Assembly (NCBI GenBank): GCA_963732115.1
Contig: CAVSYN010000024.1
Span: 66,431 to 130,430 of the forward strand
Length of the DNA: 64,000 bases
DNA from: an uncultured Bacteroidales bacterium
GTDB taxonomy: Bacteria; Bacteroidota; Bacteroidia; Bacteroidales; VadinHA17
Reading direction: 5' to 3'
Numbering within the stretch: the stretch's first letter is position 1; every line of letters starts with the position of its first letter. The notes beneath the pieces were generated by a model that saw only the letters and a program-made list of their open reading frames with translations, made no database searches and had not been told where the DNA came from. Below are positions 1 to 9,460 of this stretch, one piece after another. Both the position numbers and the translations under genes were made by a program.

Positions 1-1971
1 GCTTCCCAGATTCACGTCACGTACAATGGCTTGTACTGCACCACACCTGAAATTAAGAAAGAGAGAGGTATTCTGAGTGTTGAAGCCGAAGTTGAGAGTC
101 ACCTTGACAAGCCGGTCGAGGTAACAGTCAAAGCAGCAGTTTATAAGCTGAATGAAAAAGGAGAGACATCAGCAGAACCAGTAGCTGAATCCATCACGGC
201 GACAGCACTACTCCCGGCATCATCAGATCACACCTTCAGGCTTGATATACCTGTGAATAACCCTGCCCTCTGGAACCTCGATGATCCGGAATTATACAAA
301 GCTGTTGTGACTGTAATGCAGGGAACAACTGTTACCGACATATATGGAACGAATTTCGGGTTCAGAACTCTTGATTTCACTCCGCGTGATGGGTTTTACC
401 TCAACGGAAAAAAGATTCCTATACAGGGAGTCTGCAATCACCATGATCTGGGGGCGCTGGGAGCCGCATTCAATACCAGGGCTGCTGAACGCCAGCTCGA
501 GATACTCAGGGAAATGGGCTGCAATGCTGTCAGGACAAGTCATAACCCACCGGCGCCGGAATTGCTCGAGCTATGCGACAGGCTGGGTTTCCTTGTTGAA
601 GATGAAGCATTTGATGCCTGGAAAACTCCCAAGAAGAGTCTTGATTATAATAAGCTGTTCTATGCCTGGCATGAGGAGGACCTGAGAGCAATGGTCAGAC
701 GCGACCGTAATCACCCATCAGTTTTCATCTGGAGCACTGGCAATGAGGTAAATGATCAGAATAATCCTGCTCTTTCGGCAAGTCTGAGGGCGATCATCAA
801 ATCAGAAGACAACACAAGACCTGTGACTGTAGGATGCAACTGGGACGAATCAGGGACCAACGGGTTCCAGAAGACAGTTGATGTATTTGGCATCAACTAC
901 CGTCTGTACAGGTACAATGCTTTCTTTGCGTTGAAAGACAATGATAACCTTCCATTCCATTCAAGCGAATCGGCCTCAACAATAAGCTCAAGAGGAGAAT
1001 ATTTCTTCCCCGTTGTTCAGGGTGACCTTAACAATAACCTTCCGGGAAAAGGGATCTTCCAGATATCTTCATACGATCTGGCATTTCCCTCATGGGCTTC
1101 AACCGCTGACCAGCAGTGGGAAATGCAGGACAAATATCCGGGAGTATTTGGAGAATTTGTCTGGACAGGGTTCGATTATATCGGGGAGCCAACACCTTAT
1201 GGAGGAGATCTGACAGGATTAAGACCAGGAACAAGAAGGTATGAGCAGGCTAAAGAATTACTTGACAAACAGAACGTTACTGAAGTGCCTTCACGAAGCA
1301 GCTATTTCGGGATACTGGACCTTGCCGGATTTAAAAAGGACCGTTTTTATCTTTACCAGTCTAAATGGAGACCAGATCTTCCTATGGCTCATATACTGCC
1401 TCACTGGAACTGGCCTGAAAGAAAAGGTCTGGTTACACCGGTCCATGTTTATACTTCCGGTGATGAAGCGGAATTGTTCCTGAATGGCAAATCCCTTGGT
1501 AAAAAGAAAAAGGGCCCGTTTGAATACAGGCTCAGATGGGATGATGTTGTTTACCAGCCTGGCGAACTTAAGGTTGTTGCCTACAAGAATGGCACCCAAT
1601 GGGCAGAGGATAAAATGGTTACAACCGGAAAAGCTTCGCAGCTGTCGGCATCGTCCGACCATAGTTCTGTTCGTTCCGACGGATCTGATCTTATTTTTAT
1701 AACTGTCAAAATCGAGGACAAGAACAGTTTGCTTGTACCGCGTAGCAGCAATCTCCTGAACTTCAGTATTGAAGGTCCGGGTAAAGTAATTGCAACAGAC
1801 AATGGCGATGCAACCAGCCACGATCCTTTCCAGGCAGCTGTCAAAAAAGCATATAACGGTATGTGCCTTGTTATTGTTAAGGCCGATAAGGGTGCGACAA
1901 GTCCGTTCACTGTTAAGGCTTCATCAAAAGGGCTGAAGGGTGCCGAGGTAACGATCGGAATAGAAAAATAG
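1..1971 (+). CDS. glycoside hydrolase family 2 (beta-galactosidase-like), 5' end cut by the window edge
   Basis: Frame 1 is open from base 1, so the listed ORF 31..1971 starts at an internal TTG. GH2 TIM-barrel motifs NAVRTSHNPP and WSTGNEV, followed by long C-terminal beta-sandwich domains. Confidence 0.85.
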   Translation, partial: ASQIHVTYNGLYCTTPEIKKERGILSVEAEVESHLDKPVEVTVKAAVYKLNEKGETSAEPVAESITATALLPASSDHTFRLDIPVNNPALWNLDDPELYKAVVTVMQGTTVTDIYGTNFGFRTLDFTPRDGFYLNGKKIPIQGVCNHHDLGALGAAFNTRAAERQLEILREMGCNAVRTSHNPPAPELLELCDRLGFLVEDEAFDAWKTPKKSLDYNKLFYAWHEEDLRAMVRRDRNHPSVFIWSTGNEVNDQNNPALSASLRAIIKSEDNTRPVTVGCNWDESGTNGFQKTVDVFGINYRLYRYNAFFALKDNDNLPFHSSESASTISSRGEYFFPVVQGDLNNNLPGKGIFQISSYDLAFPSWASTADQQWEMQDKYPGVFGEFVWTGFDYIGEPTPYGGDLTGLRPGTRRYEQAKELLDKQNVTEVPSRSSYFGILDLAGFKKDRFYLYQSKWRPDLPMAHILPHWNWPERKGLVTPVHVYTSGDEAELFLNGKSLGKKKKGPFEYRLRWDDVVYQPGELKVVAYKNGTQWAEDKMVTTGKASQLSASSDHSSVRSDGSDLIFITVKIEDKNSLLVPRSSNLLNFSIEGPGKVIATDNGDATSHDPFQAAVKKAYNGMCLVIVKADKGATSPFTVKASSKGLKGAEVTIGIEK

Positions 1972-1985
1972 ATAAGGATTACGGT

Positions 1986-2951
1986 TTACCCATGATGCAG
2001 GTTTTTGTACCGGTCAATATTGCTGTCAATTTCAGCCGTTGCAAAAGCCTCGGATGAAGTGTATCTGAATTTATAGTTATACCTTGAAACAATTTTCTCA
2101 GGATCGAGCACAATAGAATACAGACTGGTATCAATACTTGCGGGCTGAAGATTGAAAATCCTTAAATTATATAGCAATCCAATAAATCCGCTTATTACAA
2201 AAACCGGCAATTTAAAATATTTCTTTTCGGGAAAAAGATCTTTTACAACCGAATAAGAGTTGGGAGCAATATTATAAATTCCTTTAATCTGATCATCGGC
2301 AATCATCAGGTGAATCAGGGAAATAAAATCCTCGGTATGCAGAAACTGGACTGAATTCTCCTTGTAGAAACGGGGAAGCCACGACCATTTTAGCAACATA
2401 TAAACTACACTGGACGGTTTACAGAAACATGGTCCGACAACTGAACAGACACGAATTACATTGATGTTAAGATCCTCCCTTACCCGGGCCTCAAGATAAA
2501 GTCCTTCGATCAGTTTCTTATTTATGCCGTACCTTAATTTACCCGGCCTCAGGGGATGATTTTCGTTTAGCCATGCAGGGTTGTCACTTTTGCCTCCGTA
2601 TGCAAGTGCAGAACTTGAATAGATTAGTTGTTTTACAGACGGAGTCTCGTTCGAGACCTCAATAATATTTCTTGACCCTCCAATATCAATTTCGTGTTCC
2701 CTTTTCCTGTTCCGGACCCTGTTGAATGTGCATGCAAAATGAATTACACGGTCAGGTTTCTCTTTCATGAAAACAGATCTCAGAAGATCCTTATCTGTTA
2801 TGCAACATCTGAAAAATTTGAAGTATTCACCGTTGCAGTCCTCAGAGGGATCTCTGATGTCTATTCCGACTACGTGTATTTTTTTAGAAATGAGGCTTTT
2901 AGCAATAATAGTACCAAACGAACCGGAAGAACCAGTAATCAGGACTTTCAT
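1986..2951 (-). CDS. NAD-dependent epimerase/dehydratase (extended SDR)
   Basis: 321-aa ORF with Rossmann motif MKVLITGSSGSFG and a YxxxK motif (YGINK). Convergent with the GH2 gene, 14 bp apart. Confidence 0.8.
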   Translation of the reverse strand: MKVLITGSSGSFGTIIAKSLISKKIHVVGIDIRDPSEDCNGEYFKFFRCCITDKDLLRSVFMKEKPDRVIHFACTFNRVRNRKREHEIDIGGSRNIIEVSNETPSVKQLIYSSSALAYGGKSDNPAWLNENHPLRPGKLRYGINKKLIEGLYLEARVREDLNINVIRVCSVVGPCFCKPSSVVYMLLKWSWLPRFYKENSVQFLHTEDFISLIHLMIADDQIKGIYNIAPNSYSVVKDLFPEKKYFKLPVFVISGFIGLLYNLRIFNLQPASIDTSLYSIVLDPEKIVSRYNYKFRYTSSEAFATAEIDSNIDRYKNLHHG

Positions 2952-3155
2952 ATATTTAGTACTAAGTCTGTTGGATATTAAAAACTCAGCTAAGATTTAA
3001 ATTTAGTAAAAAAAAGGTTCAATCAAATATTTCTTTCTAAAGTCTAAATTAAAACCAGTTCTTTCATTTATAAACTTTTCATAACTTGGATGCGAGGGGA
3101 ATAAATATGGAGGTTGTAATTTTATAGAATAATTTATCAAACCGATTTTAAAGTG

Positions 3156-3725
3156 ATGGACTCTGAGATTTATTTCAAAAACCGGGATGAGTGGCATAAA
3201 TGGCTCGAGGAGAATCATAAAACTGTTGAAGGGTTATGGATGAGAATATATAAAAAGCATACAGGCAGAGAATGCGTACCTTATGTTGAAGCTGTTGAAG
3301 AAGCGCTTTGCTTCGGGTGGATCGATGGCAAAATTAAACGGATTAATAATGATTACTATATTCAGTATTATACACCCCGGCGAGTTGGCAGCCGATGGTC
3401 AAAGTATAACATTGAAAGAGTCAGAAAGCTGACAAGTGAAGGCCGGATGAAACAGGCAGGGGTGGATGCTTTTAACAAAATATTCGAAAAGCCCCATCTC
3501 GTGTATGATAACAAGGCATCAGGCGATCCAGACATCCCTGATGAACTTTTGTCAGCATTAAAAGCAGGCAAAGCTGCGCTGGATAATTTTATGAATTTCT
3601 CCCCTTCAGCAAGGAGAATTTATATCGAATGGTATAAATACGCAAAAAGGGATAAAACCCGAATAGACAGGATCAGGAGGATTGTCCGGTTTTCTGAGGA
3701 AAAACAGCGTCCGGGAATGTTGTAG
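3156..3725 (+). CDS. YdeI/OmpD-associated family protein
   Basis: ORF 3153..3725. ATG at 3156 preferred over GTG at 3153. Family-typical ALCFGWIDGK...YTPRR..SRWS block. Confidence 0.7.
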   Translation: MDSEIYFKNRDEWHKWLEENHKTVEGLWMRIYKKHTGRECVPYVEAVEEALCFGWIDGKIKRINNDYYIQYYTPRRVGSRWSKYNIERVRKLTSEGRMKQAGVDAFNKIFEKPHLVYDNKASGDPDIPDELLSALKAGKAALDNFMNFSPSARRIYIEWYKYAKRDKTRIDRIRRIVRFSEEKQRPGML

Positions 3726-3810
3726 AAATTTTATTGATAAATTCCGTAAACCGTTTTGATTTTAAGAAAAGTAGTATCACCTTAGAGGTATAATTTAAAA
3801 GAAAAAAAGC

Positions 3811-4305
3811 ATGAAAAAGATCACTCTCATTCTCGTACTTATTTCATTTGCGATTGCATATGCCCTTCCGGTTGCAGGGCAGCAAGCTGACTTCAACGGT
3901 ATATGGAAGCTTGACAGGGGCCAATCCACTTTGGCAGAATACTCCCCTACCCTGGTCAGGATCGATGTCAGGATCGGGGCCGACAGTCTCCTTACCGAGC
4001 GGTATTATGATACCGGCGACGGGCAGGAATACCCGTTTACTGAAAACCTTAAACTCGACGGTAAGGAATCCAGCATTACAATCTATGACATGCCACGCAA
4101 GACAAAAGCTACATGGTCGGATCAGGATACTACGGTGAACGTTGAATCGAAAACAACTTTTAATGGAGACAACGGTCAGGAAGATTTTGTGTCGAAAGAG
4201 ACCTGGAAGATTGATAATGTAACTAAAACGCTTACAATTACTTTTAAGAACAGCACTTCAGCCGGCGAAGCATCCGGCTTTTTCCTGTTCAAAAAGGCAG
4301 AATAA
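3811..4305 (+). CDS. secreted hypothetical protein (paralogue of 29672..30208)
   Basis: 164 aa with signal peptide MKKITLILVLISFAIAYALPVAGQ. Shares F-x-G-x-W, LDGKES and ATW blocks with the 29672..30208 product. Confidence 0.7.
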   Translation: MKKITLILVLISFAIAYALPVAGQQADFNGIWKLDRGQSTLAEYSPTLVRIDVRIGADSLLTERYYDTGDGQEYPFTENLKLDGKESSITIYDMPRKTKATWSDQDTTVNVESKTTFNGDNGQEDFVSKETWKIDNVTKTLTITFKNSTSAGEASGFFLFKKAE

Positions 4306-4342
4306 TTATCACTGATTTCTTTCAAACAGGAGACAATAATCG

Positions 4343-4371
4343 GGGTGAATGACAACATTCACCCTTTATTT
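4343..4371 (+). terminator. intrinsic terminator-like hairpin
   Basis: GGGTGAATG-ACAA-CATTCACCC (9-bp stem) followed by TTTATTT, 38 nt after the 4305 stop. Confidence 0.6.
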
Positions 4372-4403
4372 GCATTCAGTCGGTAATAACCAGCATATTA
4401 ATA

Positions 4404-6026
4404 ATGATATATGATTATATTGTTATAGGATCGGGATTTGGTGGCAGTGTTGCCAGTCTGCGTTTGATTGAAAAGGGATACAAAGTTCTTACAATTGAGC
4501 AGGGTAAACGTTTTAATCCTGAGGATTTTCCAAAGACCAACTGGAACCTCCGTAAATATCTCTGGATACCGGCATTGAGGTTTTTCGGTTTTCAAAAGAT
4601 CTCCTTTTATTCAACCGCAAGCATCCTGAGTGGAACCGGCATTGGTGGAGGCAGTCTTGTGTATGCGAATACCCTTTATATTCCACCCGATGATTTTTTC
4701 AGGAACAGTTCCTGGTCACAATTCGGGGACTGGAAGAAAATCCTTGAACCTTACTTTGAGAGAGCTGCTTTCATGCTTGGAAGAACCAAATACTCAAAAC
4801 TGAATACTGAAGATATTGTGCTGAGAGAAATAGCAAAAGACATGAATGCCGCCGATACCTTTGATACGGTTCATGTCGGAGTAATCCTTAATGGTGCAGA
4901 TGGAGAAAACGATCCATATTTCAAGGGTTTAGGACCATTACGTAAAAGATGTACCGAGTGCGGCGGATGCATGGTAGGATGCAGGGAAAATGCAAAAAAC
5001 AGCCTGGACAGGAACTATTTATGGTTTGCAGAAAAATTGGGACTCGAAATACTTGCTGAAACCAAAGCTGAAAAAATCGATTTCAAGGATAATCTGTATA
5101 ATGTTGAAGTTAAGAATGTTACATCTTTTTTATTCCATAAAAAAAAGATTATTAAATCAAAAGGGCTTATTCTCGCTGCAGGCACTCTCGGTACTCTCGA
5201 GCTTTTGCTTAAACAGAAATATCAGTACCATACCTTACCATTTCTTTCAGAGTCACTGGGTTACCAGCTGAGGACAAATGCCGAGACCCTTTGTGCGGTA
5301 TCGGGAGCCGGGGAAAAATTGAATAACGGCCTTGCAATTACTTCAGCCTTCAACCCTGATCCTTTTACCAAGGTTGAGATTGTAAAGTATCCTGATAATT
5401 CAAATGCAATGAAATGGTTTTTTGGTCTGTCAGCTGACGGAGCCAAAACGCCGGTTAAGAGGTCATGGAATCTGTTGGTCAGGACACTTACTCATCCGGT
5501 TCAATTTCTCAAAACTGTTTTTAATTTCAGGTGGTCCACGAATCTTGTGATCCTGCTGGTTATGCAGACGGTTGATAATGCCATGCGCATGGTTTGGAAC
5601 AATACTGTCTTTGGCGGGAAAATGAAAATTGTAAACAGCGGACAAAACAAAGTCCCTGCCTATATACCTGTAGGTCAAGAGGTTTTGAACCGGTTCGCAG
5701 AGAAGGTCAATGGCATTCCCCAGAATATACTTCTTGAAGTTGTTTTAAACAGGCCTACAACTGCTCATATCCTGGGAGGTTGCCCTATGTCTGATTCACC
5801 CGGGACCGGGGTAATCGACAGCAGTTACAGAGTTCTTGGGTATCCCGACTTTTTTATAACCGATGGCTCAGTAATTCAGGGTAATATTGGTGTGAACCCC
5901 AGTCTTACCATTACAGCAGTGGCAGAATACGCGATGAGCAGGATCAGGGAAAAGGAAGGAACTAAGAGGTCTGATCTGTCAGAACAACTTTTACTTTTGG
6001 AAGAAGAATGGAAGAAAAAGAGATAA
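4404..6026 (+). CDS. GMC-family FAD oxidoreductase (cholesterol/alcohol oxidase-like)
   Basis: 540 aa. N-terminal FAD motif DYIVIGSGFGGSV. GMC-like C-terminal region (HILGGCPMS ... DGSVIQGNIGVNP). Confidence 0.8.
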   Translation: MIYDYIVIGSGFGGSVASLRLIEKGYKVLTIEQGKRFNPEDFPKTNWNLRKYLWIPALRFFGFQKISFYSTASILSGTGIGGGSLVYANTLYIPPDDFFRNSSWSQFGDWKKILEPYFERAAFMLGRTKYSKLNTEDIVLREIAKDMNAADTFDTVHVGVILNGADGENDPYFKGLGPLRKRCTECGGCMVGCRENAKNSLDRNYLWFAEKLGLEILAETKAEKIDFKDNLYNVEVKNVTSFLFHKKKIIKSKGLILAAGTLGTLELLLKQKYQYHTLPFLSESLGYQLRTNAETLCAVSGAGEKLNNGLAITSAFNPDPFTKVEIVKYPDNSNAMKWFFGLSADGAKTPVKRSWNLLVRTLTHPVQFLKTVFNFRWSTNLVILLVMQTVDNAMRMVWNNTVFGGKMKIVNSGQNKVPAYIPVGQEVLNRFAEKVNGIPQNILLEVVLNRPTTAHILGGCPMSDSPGTGVIDSSYRVLGYPDFFITDGSVIQGNIGVNPSLTITAVAEYAMSRIREKEGTKRSDLSEQLLLLEEEWKKKR

Positions 6027-7384
6027 AACAAATACTGGCTGATCAGCGCAGATTCTTTTCTGAAGGAAAAACTCTGGATCTGCGATACAGACTTGAGATA
6101 CTTAAAAAGCTCCGGCGACTTATTATTGAGAATGAGGAGGAAATAAAAAATGCTTTATGGAGTGATTTTCACAAACCAGGATTTGAAGTTTTGGCAACAG
6201 AAACACGGTTTGTCATTAAAGAATTGAATCACACAATACGCAACCTTAAAAAATGGGCTGGAAATAAAAGAGTCCGGACTCCGATTGTACATTTTTTAGC
6301 TTATAGTCACATAACACCTCAACCCTACGGTCAGATCCTGGTATTATCTCCCTGGAACTTTCCGTTTCAGCTTGCTTTTATGCCATTAATCGGAGCACTG
6401 GCTGCCGGCAATTGTGTCATTCTTAAAGTCTCCCGTCAGGTGCCGGAAACCACCTCAGTAATGGGAAAAATCCTGGATCATTTCCCAAAAGAGCTGGTGA
6501 TGATGATAAATGGAGACCATTCAGTAAGCGAACTTCTTCTTAACCATAAATTCGATTACATCTTTTTCACAGGAAGCAACAAAATCGGCAAATATGTTAT
6601 GCAAAAAGCTGCTGAAAACCTCATACCCGTATCCCTTGAGCTTGGCGGTAAAAATCCATGTGTGGTGGCTGCCGATGCCAGGCTCGGTTTCGCTGCAAGG
6701 AGGATTGCCTGGGGTAAGTTTATAAATGCGGGACAAACCTGCATAAGTCCTGATTATATCCTTGTAGATAAGAAGGTTAAAGATCAATTCCTCGAACTGA
6801 TAGCCAAAGAAATTAATTCATTTTATACTGAAAATCCTGAAACCGGAAATGATTTTGCCAGGATTATAAATTCTGAGAATACTAAAAGGATTTCAGCACT
6901 TATCAAATCAGGACAAATAGTAACAGGTGGAAAAATTGATGAAGCGAGTTTTTATGTTGCACCAACTGTAATAAAAGACATCAAGTCAGATGATCCTGTT
7001 ATGAAGGAAGAAATCTTTGGCCCTGTCCTCCCCGTTATAGATTTTGAGAACTTTGAAGATGTTTACAGGATAATCGGCCAGAACCCCAAACCACTTGCTG
7101 TCTACATTTTCTCAAATAGCAAAAAACTCTATCGTGAATTCCTTAAGAAAACACAAAGTGGTTCAGCTGGTATAAATGATACTGTCATTCAAATAGCCTC
7201 ACCCTACCTTCCCTACGGTGGAGTTGGTTCAAGCGGTTTGGGCAGGTATCACGGGAAAAAGTCATTTGAAACATTTTCAAATATGCGGTCGGTGATCATA
7301 AAATCTAACCTTTTTGATATCAGCCTTCGATATCCTCCATATAACAAATTAAAGGAGAAAGTGATAAGCTTTCTTATGAGATAA
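6008..7384 (+). CDS. aldehyde dehydrogenase (class-3-like, NAD(P)+)
   Basis: 458 aa with ELGGKNP and GQTCISPDY (catalytic Cys) motifs. Overlaps the GMC gene by 19 nt, so probably co-transcribed. Confidence 0.85.
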   Translation: MEEKEIKQILADQRRFFSEGKTLDLRYRLEILKKLRRLIIENEEEIKNALWSDFHKPGFEVLATETRFVIKELNHTIRNLKKWAGNKRVRTPIVHFLAYSHITPQPYGQILVLSPWNFPFQLAFMPLIGALAAGNCVILKVSRQVPETTSVMGKILDHFPKELVMMINGDHSVSELLLNHKFDYIFFTGSNKIGKYVMQKAAENLIPVSLELGGKNPCVVAADARLGFAARRIAWGKFINAGQTCISPDYILVDKKVKDQFLELIAKEINSFYTENPETGNDFARIINSENTKRISALIKSGQIVTGGKIDEASFYVAPTVIKDIKSDDPVMKEEIFGPVLPVIDFENFEDVYRIIGQNPKPLAVYIFSNSKKLYREFLKKTQSGSAGINDTVIQIASPYLPYGGVGSSGLGRYHGKKSFETFSNMRSVIIKSNLFDISLRYPPYNKLKEKVISFLMR

Positions 7385-7437
7385 TAAATAACCTTAATTT
7401 TACCCGGGAAATTCAATAATTTAAAAATATTCAATCT

Positions 7438-8910
7438 ATGAAGTACATAGGCTTTTTCATTTCCATGCTATTGCTATCCTCTTGCAATCAGCAAAAACAA
7501 CAAACAGTGCAGCTCACCGGAACTGTTAATAATTTCACAGCCGACGGGAAGAAAATCACGGTTTATACAACTGCCGATAGCAGCGATCTCAGGCTTACTC
7601 CGACAGGAACAATTCAGTTCACCAATCTGGAAGGTACTAGGGAAACTGAAGTATATGTTTTCGTAAATCCGGATAAGACATTCCAGGCCATCCTTGGTAT
7701 CGGCGGGGCGCTTACCGATGCTGCTGCTGAAACCTTCGCAAAACTTCCTGAAGAGAAACAAAAGGAATTGATGCAGGCATATTACGACACTCAAAAAGGC
7801 ATTGGCTACACACTTGCACGTACCAACATCAACAGCTGTGATTTTTCGAGCGGCAGCTACACTTATGTTAATGAAGGAGACAAGGAACTCGGATCATTTA
7901 ATATTGAACATGACAGAAAATTCAAAATTCCGCTGATAAAGAAAGCTGTTGCAGCAGCCGGAGGAAAGCTGACTCTTTTTGCCAGCCCGTGGAGCCCGCC
8001 GGCATTCATGAAAGACAATAACAATATGCTTCATGGCGGAAAACTTAAAGCTGAATATTTTGATTCGTGGGCAATGTATTTCACAAAATTTATCAGGAGC
8101 TATGAGAAAGAAGGAATTCCTGTCTGGGGTGTAACAATACAGAACGAACCTATGGCGACCCAGACATGGGAATCATGTATTTATTCAGCTGAAGGCGAAC
8201 GAGATTTCCTGAAGAATCACTTAGGTCCGACAATGGAGAAGGAAGGACTAAGTGACACGAAAATAATCGTTTGGGATCATAACCGCGATCTGATGCTGCA
8301 GAGAGCTCAGGCTATCTTTGATGATCCCCAGGCTTCAAAGTATGCATGGGGAATGGGATTTCACTGGTATGAAGACTGGACAGGTGGCCAGCAGATGTAC
8401 AATAATGTGGGGCTTGTGCACAATGCATGGCCTGATAAAAACCTTATGTTCACCGAAGGGTGCAAAGGCCCCTTTAATGCCGCCAGGTATTACTCATGGA
8501 GCCTTGGTGAGGCCTACGGCCGGTCGATGATAAATGATTTCAATAACTGGACCTCCGGCTGGACAGACTGGAATATTTTACTTGACGAGACGGGCGGACC
8601 AAACCATGTCGGGAACTTCTGCTTTGCCCCAGTGCATGCCGATACAAAGACAGGACAACTAATTTACACCAGCTCTTACTATTATATAGGACATTTTTCA
8701 AAATTTATCCGCCCGGGAGCCAAACGAATTCTTTGTGCACCAAGCCGAAGTCAGCTGCTGGCTACAGGATTCATCAATGAAGACGGGAAAGTGGCAGTTA
8801 TTGTAATGAATCAAAGCGATAAGGAAATTGTATACAAATTATGTTTCGGACTGAAAGCTGCGGAAGTTAAGAGTCTGCCCCATTCAATACAGACCTTGAT
8901 TGTTGAATAA
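7438..8910 (+). CDS. glycoside hydrolase family 30 (glucosylceramidase-like) lipoprotein
   Basis: 490 aa with lipobox LLSSCN and GH30 motifs ASPWSPPAFMK and IQNEP. Confidence 0.8.
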   Translation: MKYIGFFISMLLLSSCNQQKQQTVQLTGTVNNFTADGKKITVYTTADSSDLRLTPTGTIQFTNLEGTRETEVYVFVNPDKTFQAILGIGGALTDAAAETFAKLPEEKQKELMQAYYDTQKGIGYTLARTNINSCDFSSGSYTYVNEGDKELGSFNIEHDRKFKIPLIKKAVAAAGGKLTLFASPWSPPAFMKDNNNMLHGGKLKAEYFDSWAMYFTKFIRSYEKEGIPVWGVTIQNEPMATQTWESCIYSAEGERDFLKNHLGPTMEKEGLSDTKIIVWDHNRDLMLQRAQAIFDDPQASKYAWGMGFHWYEDWTGGQQMYNNVGLVHNAWPDKNLMFTEGCKGPFNAARYYSWSLGEAYGRSMINDFNNWTSGWTDWNILLDETGGPNHVGNFCFAPVHADTKTGQLIYTSSYYYIGHFSKFIRPGAKRILCAPSRSQLLATGFINEDGKVAVIVMNQSDKEIVYKLCFGLKAAEVKSLPHSIQTLIVE

Positions 8911-8964
8911 ATAGTATATTTCTATAGAGAATCAATTTTATAAAACAAAAATATACAAAAATTA

Positions 8965-8988
8965 AGGGGTACTTTCAAAGGTACCCCT
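8965..8988. terminator. hairpin between convergent genes (possible bidirectional terminator)
   Basis: AGGGGTAC-(8 nt)-GTACCCCT lying between the + stop at 8910 and the - stop at 9011. Confidence 0.5.
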
Positions 8989-9010
8989 CACATAGCGACC
9001 ATTCTAAAAC

Positions 9011-9343
9011 CTATTTCTTTTTTGGAACAGGTTTATTCGCTGTCTTTCCTTTCATCCCTGGTTTTTCAGTCATTCCTGATTTCATGTTTTCTTCTTTCAG
9101 AAACTTTCCATCCTTATCGTACAGGAGAGTCTCTGAGGTAGTTCCTTTGCTAATCACTACTTCGAACGTGGTAACACCATTGTTCACAATCTGAGCTGCA
9201 TCCTTGACTGTGAATCCTGCATATTTACTGGCAATATTATCAGTAATTGCCTTGTTCAGGTCAGTTACCTTAACTGGGGTCCGCTGTGCATTAATGGCAA
9301 CAACGGCCATCATCATCACCATAACTAATAATAACTTTTTCAT
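9011..9343 (-). CDS. small exported PepSY-like protein
   Basis: Listed ORF 9011..9421. The internal ATG at 9343 gives MKKLLLVMVMMMAVVAINAQ, a clean signal peptide. The mature part resembles PepSY-like beta-sandwich proteins (TFEVVISKG...LLYDKDGKFL). Confidence 0.6.
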   Translation of the reverse strand: MKKLLLVMVMMMAVVAINAQRTPVKVTDLNKAITDNIASKYAGFTVKDAAQIVNNGVTTFEVVISKGTTSETLLYDKDGKFLKEENMKSGMTEKPGMKGKTANKPVPKKK

Positions 9344-9383
9344 AACTTCTAAATATATTGGTTTGCAAGCCAAATTAGAACAC

Positions 9384-9436
9384 GATTCTGAAGCAGAACT
9401 GAAGTTGGAAAATATTAACAAAAATTTAAGATTCGG
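9384..9436 (-). promoter_or_regulatory. conserved 53-bp element with 11-bp-phased direct repeats (copy A); putative response-regulator box plus promoter
   Basis: CTGAAG at 9388-9393 and 9399-9404 (CTTCAG-N5-CTTCAG on the coding strand). 45 of 53 positions are identical to 11696..11748. A TAATTTG box (9371-9377) lies 10 nt downstream, and the ATG is 44 nt from the proximal repeat. Confidence 0.5.
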
Positions 9437-9460
9437 CCGGAAGCATTAGTCAGTGATATT

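Noticed and set aside
3003-3218. 71-aa minus-strand ORF in the epimerase/YdeI intergenic region
   Set aside because: It overlaps the YdeI gene start, is AT-rich with low-complexity translation, and has no signal or motif. The region is probably just the divergent promoter region.
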